In this document: positions 19,462 through 29,015 of the stretch, one piece after another
How the letters are laid out: each line of letters starts with the position of its first letter
Numbering within the stretch: position 1 is the first letter of the stretch
Assembly (NCBI GenBank): GCA_963786375.1
Contig: CAWAYP010000003.1
Location: forward strand, 241,215-305,214
DNA from: an uncultured Verrucomicrobiae bacterium
GTDB taxonomy: Bacteria; Verrucomicrobiota; Verrucomicrobiia; Limisphaerales; UBA11358
DNA length: 64,000 nt
Direction: 5' to 3'
Notes under the pieces: generated by a model
Database searches by the model: none
What the model saw: the letters and a program-made list of their open reading frames with translations, nothing else
Told to the model about the DNA's origin: nothing
Made by a program: the position numbers and the translations under genes

Positions 19462-19625
19462 TTTTTACCCAAAGCGGCGAGCCGCTGAAATTTTCGCTCT
19501 TCCAATTCCTTTTCCTCGCGGTTCAGTTCCGCCATCCATTCGGCAAACGGCTTGTCGCCGGGCGTTTTGAATGAACCGCGCAAGGCGTGGATTTCCCGGC
19601 GCGAAAGTTTTTTGCGACCGGCCAT
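19458..19625 (-). CDS. 55-aa small protein translationally coupled to EVE-HNH
   Basis: Below the ORF-track cutoff: MAGRKKLSRREIHALRGSFKTPGDKPFAEWMAELNREEKELEERKFQRLAALGKK*. Its TGA overlaps the nuclease ATG (ATGA). Confidence 0.6.
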   Translation of the reverse strand: MAGRKKLSRREIHALRGSFKTPGDKPFAEWMAELNREEKELEERKFQRLAALGKK

Positions 19626-19685
19626 GACGGGATTTTGCCACGGCCAACCGGTTTGGGGAGAAAAAAGTCAGCGAAAAACAAGTTT

Positions 19686-19772
19686 GGGCCTCATGGAACT
19701 CGGCCCTCCGAAATTTGCGACATTCGTGTCCGTTCGCGTCCATTCCGCCTTCGTTTACTTCGGCGCGACAAG
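19686..19772. repeat. cluster of short REP-like/tandem repeats
   Basis: Palindrome GGAGGGCCGAGTTCCATGAGGCCC on the minus strand (19686-19709), ~9-10-mer array ATTTGCGAC/ATTCGTGTC/GTTCGCGTC/CATTC, and hairpin CGCCTTCG..TTCGGCG. Confidence 0.55.
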
Positions 19773-19883
19773 CAGCGGTGAAAATTCTTTGTTCTTCCAG
19801 CCTTCAGCCAGCTTGACGCTCGAAAAAGTCCCGGTCAATCCGCGCCGGCTCGATGCAGCGCGCATCATCCGTCCTGGGGCTGT

Positions 19884-21593
19884 TCACCGGTACCGGTACA
19901 GCTTAACGTGCTGGATGCTGTAACGGTCGGATGGAAAGCGCAGTGTTCGCGATTCGAATACTTCGTCGCCATTCAACCGGCGGCCCGGAACCCACCGGCC
20001 GTTTTCATAAACACCTTCCTCATCCGTGCCGATGCCCACGCTTTCGGTTTCGTTGGTGCTGGAAAAATTAACCGCCAGGTTCCTGCCCATGACAATGTAA
20101 TCATCCGGGCCGGTGGAAATGAAAAGGCCGGCGATGCGCTCCGGCAGGGCATTGGTCGCGTGCATCCAGGCGGGAGGCACCCAGAATTTTGCCTCGATTT
20201 TGTAATTCCCCAGCCGGAACGTTTGCGTCGCGTTGGTGGCATCCAGCAAGACGGCCGTCATGGCGCCTTTGCCCTGATTGGCCAGGATCAGCGGAGACAC
20301 CGATGAAAGAAAATGATAAGCGCGGGCGAGTTCCCGGTCGGAACCGGCGAACCGGTCAGCCCCGAAGGGAGAAAAGCCGATGGCATTGCCCGCGCCGAAC
20401 GCATAAATCGCGTTGGCGGCCCCCCGCACGCCGGCCTCCGACTCCGGGATGAACAACGGATTGCCGTTCCGGGTGTAGCGCGCGCAGGTCTCGGCGAATT
20501 GATCAATGTAGAGGTCCGGCGAGAGGATATCAATCGCCGGCGCGCCAAACCGCCAGAGGTCATGCACCTGGGGCGTGGGTCCGCCGCTGGGATACTCGCC
20601 GGGGCGCGGACAGCCCTGCTGCTGGAGCCAGGTGTTGACATACATGGGGATGTCGTATTCCGCCTTGCCGGCGGCGGCCACCTGGTTGACATACATGGAA
20701 TAGCGCCAGGCCATGAAGAATTCATCCGACGCCCAGTTCAACTGCTGCCAATAAATATCCTTCTTCTCGTCGGTCAAATCCGTTCCGTAAAGCTGGACCG
20801 AAGCCGGCTTGCCCGGACCGAACACTTCCTCCCAGGTGCCGGAGGTTTTGAAACCGTTGGTCGCCCACGCTTCGCGCAATTCCGGCGCCAGCGTGTCCTT
20901 GTGCTGCACCAGATAGTCCATCAAATCCTTCGGCACCGGCCCGGCATAGGCTTTGTTTGCTGCGGGGCAGCGGTCCCGGGAGTCGCCGAGAATTCCGACC
21001 TCGTTTTCCACCTGAATCATGAGCACCGTGTGCTTCTTGCCGTCCACCTCGCGGAGATGCCGCATGAGCGCGGCGAACGCCCGCGCGTCGGCGTCGCGGT
21101 TGGCATCGCTGAACGTGGTCAGGATGGGCAGACTTTTGCCGTCCGAGTCGCACGCGAGCGGGAACCGGTCCTGGTTGGTTTTAACCCAGAGCGGCTGGTA
21201 GGTGGACCTGCCGTTTTTCCAACTGCCGAACCAGAGCAAAACCAAATGCAGATCATTCGCCCGCGCTTCCTTGAGCAAACCGTCCACCAGATGGAAATCG
21301 AACCGGCCCTCCTGCGGTTCGATCAATTCCCAACTGACCGTGGCCAGCACCGTGTTGAGATGCGCCGCCACCAGTTGGGGCCAGAGCGGTTTCATGTATT
21401 CCAGGCTGGAGGCGCTGGAATTGTTCAACTCGGCGGCCAACGCAAGGAACGGCTTGCCGTCCACGACCAGTTGCGTGGCCGTGCCTTGCTTTGCGAGGTG
21501 TGGCAGTAACGGGTCGGCTGCCGTTTGCGCGCGCGGCTCAGACACTCCCAGCAAGCTGGCGATGACGGCGCAGAGAATAATTTTTGTTTTCAT
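19884..21593 (-). CDS. GH35-like beta-galactosidase with C-terminal DUF5597
   Basis: QLVVDGKPFL..ELNNSS, WELIEPQEG.FDF, LWFGSWKN, MIQVENE, YPSGGP, LSPDLY, PLFIPE, GRRLNGDE; signal peptide. Confidence 0.85.
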   Translation of the reverse strand: MKTKIILCAVIASLLGVSEPRAQTAADPLLPHLAKQGTATQLVVDGKPFLALAAELNNSSASSLEYMKPLWPQLVAAHLNTVLATVSWELIEPQEGRFDFHLVDGLLKEARANDLHLVLLWFGSWKNGRSTYQPLWVKTNQDRFPLACDSDGKSLPILTTFSDANRDADARAFAALMRHLREVDGKKHTVLMIQVENEVGILGDSRDRCPAANKAYAGPVPKDLMDYLVQHKDTLAPELREAWATNGFKTSGTWEEVFGPGKPASVQLYGTDLTDEKKDIYWQQLNWASDEFFMAWRYSMYVNQVAAAGKAEYDIPMYVNTWLQQQGCPRPGEYPSGGPTPQVHDLWRFGAPAIDILSPDLYIDQFAETCARYTRNGNPLFIPESEAGVRGAANAIYAFGAGNAIGFSPFGADRFAGSDRELARAYHFLSSVSPLILANQGKGAMTAVLLDATNATQTFRLGNYKIEAKFWVPPAWMHATNALPERIAGLFISTGPDDYIVMGRNLAVNFSSTNETESVGIGTDEEGVYENGRWVPGRRLNGDEVFESRTLRFPSDRYSIQHVKLYRYR

Positions 21594-21607
21594 GGCGGTC
21601 AGGCGTT

Positions 21608-24521
21608 TTACTTGGCATCCGGCACGATGTGCAAGGCCACTGGCTGCGTGTTGAGTTTAAGCACACAGGGCGACAGGCCCGGCGAACTCGCCGTCAATGT
21701 GATTTCACCCGGCTCCCGGGTGGATTGCACGATCACCTGGGCCAGGCCGTTGAACAGGCTGCGTTGCCAATCCGGCACTTCGGGTTTTTCCTGGAATTGC
21801 AACGATACCCCCCGGTTGACCCCGCCGAGGCCGGATTGGTTGGCCACCACCACCGCGACACTGTTCTCGCCGGGATGCAGGAAGCGTTTGACATCAAACG
21901 CCGGGGTCGCCTGCCAGTCGTGGGATTCGCCCGCTTTCTGCCCGTTCACGTAAACCCAGCCCTCGTCGTCAATCCGGCCAAAATCCAGCATGACCTTTTC
22001 CACCGCAAGGTCCGGTTCCGACACGTTGACGTGGCCGCGAAAGACGCCGTTTTCTCCTTCATTTAGCGGCCCGCTCTCCGCAAGCACGTCGCAATTTTTC
22101 CATGCCGAGTCGTCAAAATTCGCGGTCACTTCGGGAAGGTCTGCCTGGCGCGGGTTGGTGATCCGGGTCCATTTCCAATCGGTCACGGCCGCGGCATGCG
22201 ACCGCCATTTTGCCAAAAACACATCTGGCTCGTGGGAGGACGGGTCGCCGTTGCCGACGCCGATAATCCGGCCCGGCCCGGTGAGTTGGAACGTGATTTT
22301 GTTGTCGGCGGTCGGCACCGGTCTTCCCTGCGCGTCGTTGGCCAGCACGGTAATGACGGAAACATCTTCACCGTCAGCGTTTAGGTCCGGGCGGCCGGGC
22401 ATCAACTCCACCGCGGCCGGGTCGCCGGTAGTTTCCAACTTGTCGGTGAGCACTTCCTTGCCGTCATTGTAACCGCGCGCCAGCAGGGTGCCGTGTTCAT
22501 ACTTGACCATCCACTCCAGGTGGGAATTCCTGGCCATCGTTTTGCGGCCCAGGCTCCGGCCATTGAGGAACAATTCAACCTCCTGGCAATTGCTGTCAAC
22601 CCAGACATTAATGTCCTGCCCTTCCTTGCCGGGCCAGTTCCAGTGCGGGAACACGTGCAGGACCGGATGATCCGACCACCACGCTTGATAATAATAGAAG
22701 TTGTCCTTGGGAAAGCCGCAGGTGTCCAAGATGCCAAACTGCGAGCTGATGGCCGGCCAGTAGAACGGCGTCTCCTCGCCGCGATAATCAAACCCCGTCC
22801 ACTGAAACAGTCCCGCCACATAAGGACGCGCCGCGTAGTGCGACCACGATTCCTCCGCGGTGGAACCCCAGGCGGGTTTGTTCGTGTCATACGCGGTCAG
22901 GTGCTGGCGAGCGAGGTCTTCGACATAAATTCCGCGCGTGGAAAACGTGCTCGCGTCTTCGGTCGCCACGGAGGGTTTGTCCGGAAATTGTTTGTGATAT
23001 TCATCATTGTTTCCATGCGTGAAGTAATTGAACCCCATCACCTCAATGCTCACGGAACTGCCGTTGCCCCAGCCGCCGCTGATCGCCACGGTGCAGGGCC
23101 GCGTCGGGTCCAGGCGGTGGGCGAACGTTTGCATGGTCTGCGTCACCCGCGTGCCTTTGTCGTTGCCTTCGATGTTCCATTCCTCGTTGCCGATGCGACC
23201 AGATGATGACGGAGGGGTGATTGCGGTCGCGCAGAATCATCGCCTTGAGTTCGTCCAGCTCCTGGGGGTTGATGCCGTACTCGCGGTTTTCATCCATGAC
23301 CAACATGCCGAGGCGGTCGCACGCGTCCAGTAATTCCGGCGTAGGCGCGTTGTGGCTGGTGCGGATGGCGTTGCAGCCCATCTTCTTCAACTGATCCAAG
23401 CGGTACACGTTCAGGGCGTCCGGCACGGCCACGCCGACGCCTCCCGCGTCCTGATGGTTGCAGGTGCCTTTCAATTCCACGCGCTGGCCGTTCAGGAAAA
23501 ATCCATTATCGGCGTCCCAGCGGATGGTGCGGATGCCAAACGGCGTTTCATAGCGGTCCACCACCGCGCCGCCGCTGCGAATGGTCGTGACGAGTGTGTG
23601 CAAATAAGGCGATTCGAGCGACCAGAGACGCGGATTGGGCACCGTGAGCACGGAGGAAAATTCGCCCGAAGCGCCCGCCTTCAGCGACAAATCGTTCAGC
23701 TCACCGCCGGCCAACACCTTGCCGTCGGCGTCCAAAACACTCTGCTCGAGTTGGAAGTCCGCGTCCTTGGGCGCGTCGTTTTTGACGGTGACCCGGGCCG
23801 TCACGTCGGCGGAATGATCCTTCACGGCGGTGGTGACGAACGTGCCCCACTGGGCCACGTGCAGCGGCGAAGTTTTGTCCAGCCAGACATGCCGGTAAAT
23901 GCCCGCGCCTTCGTAAAACCAGCCTTCTTCCAGCGAAGCGTTGACGCGGACGGCGATGGTGTTGTCGCCGCCATAATTAAGATAATCGGTCAGATTATAG
24001 CTGAAACTGGTGTAACCGCTCGATTCGCGTCCCAGGTAAAAACCGTTGACCCAGACCTGCGAGTCGCGAAACGCGCCTTCAAATTGGACCGTGATGTGTT
24101 TGCCCAAATCGGACGCGGGGATGAAAAACTTTTTGCGATACCAACCAACGCTGTTCTGCGGGAAGTTGGCGCCAATGGCCTTGTAGCCGTGGCTGCTGCT
24201 GCCGCGGTCGCTGAACGGCAGTTCCACGGCCCAATCGTGCGGCAGATTGACCACGCGCCAGCCGCGGTCGTCAAAGTCCGCGGCGGCGGCGCCCGCCCCG
24301 TTGCCCGCCTTGGCCAGATACGTAAAGTAACTGTTGCCCGGGTCAAAATCCTTGGCCGGATCGTCGGCGTTGCCCAGGGCGAAGCGCCAGTCAAAGTCCA
24401 TGTTCAACCGCTCGCGCGCGGGCGCCGTGTCCGCCGCCGCGGTTTGGGCCACAGTTTGGTTGAGCAACACGCTGTTGAGCAGCGCCGTCACGACAAGAAT
24501 TATTTTTGTTTGGTTTTTCAT
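21608..24521 (-). CDS. GH2 beta-galactosidase (one frameshift near 23195 as sequenced)
   Basis: ORF 23043-24521 (LPHDW, WFYEGAGIYRHV, FGIR, NAIRTSHN, RDRNHPSVIIWS) joins ORF 21608-23146 if one extra base in TGGTCGCATCGGC is removed, restoring WSIGNEE. Confidence 0.85.
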
Positions 24522-24571
24522 GTGATGAAAATGACCGACGACTGATGGTGATGGTTGTTTGAGCGTTTCTG

Positions 24572-27004
24572 CTATTGGGATTTGTCATCCGAGTATGAAC
24601 GGACCTGCCACGCGACCTTGCCGGCCAGTGGATCGTTGACCAGCTTGAACGCATTGCCTTCCTTCGTGAGCGTCAGTTCATGCAGCACGTTGTCGGAAGG
24701 CAGGCAAACCAGACCCGTGGCCGTCTGCGCGTTCCTGGCGAAGACCACGAGGTTGAGTTTCGACCAGTCCATTTGCATCGTGCATTGGGCAAGGGCGATT
24801 TTGGGAATGACCGTGCCATCGCGAACGAGCATCACGACGGGAAGTTTTCCGGCCTCGATGTGCTGCCAGCCGCCGTCGTACGATTTGCCGGTTTGATAAT
24901 CAATCCAGGTTCCCGGCGGCAGATAAACATTGCGGCCCGTGACGTTCTCATGCATGAGCGGCGCGACCAGGATGCTGGAACCAAACAGGTATTCATCGTC
25001 CACCAGCCAGGAACCGGGGTCGTCCGGATATTCGATGAAGAGAGCGCGTACCATGGGCAGGCCGTGGTCGGAGCAGTCCTTGGCCTGCGCATACACGTAA
25101 GGCATGAGCCGGTATTTAAGGTCGTCAATCGCGCGGAATTCGTCCTCGAACGCGCTGCCGTAATTCCACGGCTCCTTCGGCGCGATGCCGTGGCAGCGGC
25201 TGTGCGAACTCAGCATTCCGAACGCCAGCCAGCGGGCGAAAAGATTCTGGTCCATGTTGGTGACGGAGTTCGCCGTGAAGCCGCCCACGTCGTGGCTCCA
25301 GAATGAAAATCCGGAAAGGCCGAAGGACAGCCCGCCGCGCAATTCCGCCGCCATGCCGTCGTCGGTGCTCTCGGCGTCGCCGCCCCAGTGGATCGGATAA
25401 CGCTGGCTGCCCGCCCAGGCGCTGCGCGCCCAGATGATGTTGTCGCCGGTGATTTTCTTGGTGATGTCGGCGACGGCCTTGTTGTAGCGGAGCGGATACA
25501 GATTGTGCTCGTAGAAGCCGGTGCGGCCGTCGGCATAAATGCCGTCCTCCGGCGCGGCCTCGCCGAAATCCACCTTGATGGCGCTGACACCCAGCTTCAG
25601 CAGGTTCGCGAGTTTGTCCTGATACCATTCCACCGTCTGCGGATTGGAAAAATCCAGCACGGCGTCTTCGTAAGGCAGATTGCCCTTGCGCGTCGCGGAC
25701 GACGAGATTTTTTTCCACCAGTTCGGGGAACAATTTGTTTTTCGGCACAAAATACGGCAGTTGCCAGCAGGAAATATGGAAGCCTTCGTCTTTCAGATCC
25801 GAAAGCATTTTTTGCGGATCGGGGAAACGCGTGGGTGAGAATTCATAGTCGCACTGCCAGTCGGTTTCAAACCAGCCGGTGTCGAGGTGCATCACGTCGC
25901 AGGGAATCTTGTTCGCGCGCAATTGGGCGGCAATGTCGCGCACCTGGTCCTCGGCGTTGTAAGTGCAGCGGCTCATCCACAGGCCGAACGACCAGAGCGG
26001 CGGCAGCGGCGATTTGCCGGTGAGCTTGGTGTATTCGTCCAGGATTTCCTTGGGCGAACCGAGGAACACAAACAAATCCAGTTCGTCATCGCCGATCATC
26101 AGCGAATTGACGCCGGCAAAGGAATTGCCGAAGTCGCAGGTGATGGGCGAGCTGACGTGTGCATGAACATGCCGTAGCCGCGGCTGCTCATGAAAAACGG
26201 AATGGGCTTGTACATGCCCTGGTTTTGAATGCCGTTGGCGTCGTCGGTCCACAGCACGATTTTTTGGCCGCGCTTGTCGAGGCTGGTGAAGGATTCGCCG
26301 CAGCCGAAAATCTTTTCGCCGGGCGAAAGCGTGAACGCCGCGTCCATGCTGCGCGAATAATCCGCCGCGCGCCGCACAAAGGAAAACGGCAGGATCGGCG
26401 TGAACGTGCTGGTATTGTCCGAATCATGGTCCGTCCGGGTCAGCAATTTGCCCTGCGCGTCGCGGAATTCGATGTGCCAGGGATTTTCCAAAATGGTGAC
26501 CGAGCCGAACGCGCTCGTGTAGCGGTGGCCGCCTTCGACCTTTTCATATTTCCAGGAATGATCCTGCGGCACCGGCCCGGCGAGCATCAGTTCCTCCAGA
26601 GGCTTGTGGACCTGCGGGCCGCTGGTCATGCGGATGCGCACCGTCCGCGGCGAGACAAATTCGATGGAGAAGGGCAGGGTCGGGTTGGCCGCGTATTGGT
26701 CGGTGGGAAATTCATTGGGCTCGACCGGCTTGATGACCGCCAGCATGTTGTCGAACGCCTGCCGCGTGAAATATTCGGCGCGCTGGTAAGTGATGTTGCC
26801 CTGGCCGGTGGCCGGATCGAAATCAGCGAGCTTGTCCGCCAGATAATAAAGGTCGGAAAAATCGCGGAAATCGCCGCTGACATCCACCGGATCGTTCAGC
26901 AAGGGCAGCGTCGGGTTGGCGGCAACCAGCCGGCTGGTGGCGCCGAACAAAAAACCGGCGCAAAGGCAGGCAAACATCACCATCGTGTTTCGTTTATATT
27001 TCAT
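24572..27004 (-). CDS. GH31 alpha-xylosidase, YicI-like (two frameshifts near 26155 and 25688 as sequenced)
   Basis: Three consecutive ORF pieces: YKPIPFFMSSRGYGMFMH; PPLWSFGLWMSR..IPCDVMHLD; KVDFGE..WGGD..WSHDVGG..HSRCHG. Signal peptide present. Confidence 0.85.
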
Positions 27005-27314
27005 AGATTAAACGCCTTCATATCATATCGAGTGTTCAATGTGATTTGGCGGCATAACACGAAAGTGACCTGGTTCGCCGCCAGTAAAACATCCGACGGC
27101 GGTGCGAACAACATAAAAATTTACGCCCGCGTGCGCCGGCTGCTTCATGAACGGTTGTTTTGATGCCGGCCATCTCAATGACGCTGATCCTATCACTGGA
27201 CTTGCTGGCGACATGGAGCGGCGGGCAGGTTGCTGGCTTTAAAATCAGGTGCGATTTTCGGCAGGCTTGGGGGAGGGCATTGATGCAGTCTGAAAATGCA
27301 GTAAAAAAACTTGT

Positions 27315-27343
27315 TTGACACCGTGGCACGCTCCGCCAACATT
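27315..27343 (+). promoter_or_regulatory. putative sigma-70 promoter of xylE
   Basis: TTGACA-17 nt-AACATT, ending 47 nt before the xylE ATG, with an A-tract upstream. Confidence 0.4.
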
Positions 27344-27390
27344 CCCGTATGTATCCACACGGCTCCTGAACGGAAACCTACGCTAATTTT

Positions 27391-28833
27391 ATGTCACGAA
27401 AGCTAAACCTCTACGTTATTCTATTAACCCTCGTTGCCACCCTGGGCGGATTGCTCTTTGGCTATGACACCGCCGTCATTTCGGGAGCGGTGGGCAGCTT
27501 GCGGGCCTATTTTATTGATCCCCGGAACCTCAGCGACCCCAATACCGCCAACTCGCTGTTGGGCTTTGTGGTTTCAAGCGCGCTCATTGGTTGTATCATT
27601 GGCGGGATGATTGGCGGCTGGGTCAGCACCAAGATTGGCCGCAAACGTGGATTGATCATCGCCGCGTGGCTTTTTTTGATTTCCGCCCTCGGAGCCGCCG
27701 CGCCGGAATTTCCCTTTGCCCCCATCGGCCACGGCGGGCCGGGATACATGTGGAATTTTGTCTTTTACCGGATTTTGAGCGGCATTGGCGTGGGACTGGC
27801 TTCCATGCTCTCGCCCATGTACATTGCCGAAATCGCGCCGGCGAAAATCCGCGGCAATCTTGTGGCGTGGAACCAGTTCGCCATCATCTTCGGCATGTTG
27901 GTGATTTACTTCGTCAATTTCGGAATTTCCAAGGCGGGCAGCGGCGACGCCTGGCTCAACACCATCGGCTGGCGTTACATGTTCCTGTCCGGCGCCATCC
28001 CCTCGGTTCTGTTCCTGCTCCTGCTCTTTTTCGTGCCCGAGACGCCGCGTTACCTGATGTTGAAGGGCAATGAACCCGGCGCGCGCGCGGTGCTGGCCAA
28101 ATTGACGACGGCGGAGGAAGGCGAACAGGAAATCACCGAAATCCGCGCCTCCCTGGCCGAGCATCATTCCGGCCGCCTGCTTTCCTTCGGTGCGATGCTC
28201 ATTTTCATCGGGATCATGCTGTCGGTCTTCCAGCAGTTCGTCGGCATCAACGTCGTGCTCTATTATGCCCCGGAAATTTTCAAGAACGTCGGCTTCGACA
28301 CCAACGCCTCGCTGTTCCAGACCATCATCGTCGGCGCGGTCAACCTCATCTTCACCGTGGTCGCCATCGTGACTGTGGACAAACTCGGCCGCAAACCCCT
28401 GCAGATCATCGGGGCACTCGTCATGGCGGTGGCCATGATTACCCTGGGCGGCGCTTTCGCGCTTCAGATCAAAGGGGTGACAGCCTTGCTTTGCATGTTG
28501 CTTTACATCGCCGGATTTGCCGTGTCCTGGGGGCCGGTGGTCTGGGTGTTGTTGAGCGAAATTTTCCCCAACCAAATTCGTGGCAAGGCCATGGCCGTGG
28601 CGGTGGTTGCCCAGTGGGTCGCCAATTACCTCGTCAGTTGGACTTTTCCCATCCTTAACGACAATCCGACCCTGGTCAAAGCCTTCAATCACGGATTCGC
28701 TTATTGGATTTACGGTGTCATGAGCGTTTTGGCGGCCATCTTCATGTGGAAACTGGTCCCGGAAACCAAGGGACGCACGCTGGAACAGATGGAAGCGCTG
28801 TGGCTGACCCATGGCAAAAAGCCGCAAGCTTGA
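27391..28833 (+). CDS. xylE: D-xylose:H+ symporter (MFS sugar porter)
   Basis: TLVATLGGLLFGYDTAVISG, SPMYIAEIAPA.IRG, QFAIIFG, PETPR, QQFVGINVVLYYAP, SWGPVVWVLLSEIFPN, PETKG. Confidence 0.93.
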   Translation: MSRKLNLYVILLTLVATLGGLLFGYDTAVISGAVGSLRAYFIDPRNLSDPNTANSLLGFVVSSALIGCIIGGMIGGWVSTKIGRKRGLIIAAWLFLISALGAAAPEFPFAPIGHGGPGYMWNFVFYRILSGIGVGLASMLSPMYIAEIAPAKIRGNLVAWNQFAIIFGMLVIYFVNFGISKAGSGDAWLNTIGWRYMFLSGAIPSVLFLLLLFFVPETPRYLMLKGNEPGARAVLAKLTTAEEGEQEITEIRASLAEHHSGRLLSFGAMLIFIGIMLSVFQQFVGINVVLYYAPEIFKNVGFDTNASLFQTIIVGAVNLIFTVVAIVTVDKLGRKPLQIIGALVMAVAMITLGGAFALQIKGVTALLCMLLYIAGFAVSWGPVVWVLLSEIFPNQIRGKAMAVAVVAQWVANYLVSWTFPILNDNPTLVKAFNHGFAYWIYGVMSVLAAIFMWKLVPETKGRTLEQMEALWLTHGKKPQA

Positions 28834-28854
28834 GCCGCCTTGTCTCCGGTGTCT

Positions 28855-28894
28855 GGCGGATGGTTTGACAAAAACCATCCGCCGGGAATTTTTT
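28855..28894 (+). terminator. hairpin / probable intrinsic terminator after xylE
   Basis: 12-bp perfect stem GGCGGATGGTTT/AAACCATCCGCC followed by a T-run. Confidence 0.55.
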
Positions 28895-29015
28895 CAGACC
28901 AGTCCGCTCCGTCCCGGAACGGGCGCCGGAATACCGACCCGATGAAATCCATTGACAGCAATTTTGTTCAATGAGTATTCAATCTCTTATGTCCATCATT
29001 TGCCAGCATCGTCCT

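Noticed and set aside
23190-26160. Frameshifts in GH2 (~23195) and GH31 (~25688, ~26155) as programmed frameshifting or locus decay
   Set aside because: There are no slippery sites or repeats and the coding sequence is otherwise intact. The same kind of small insertion hits enolase, so sequencing or assembly error is more likely; raw reads would settle it.
27324-27339. Sigma-54 promoter upstream of xylE (TGGCACG)
   Set aside because: The -12 TTGC is missing; the TTGACA sigma-70 reading fits better.
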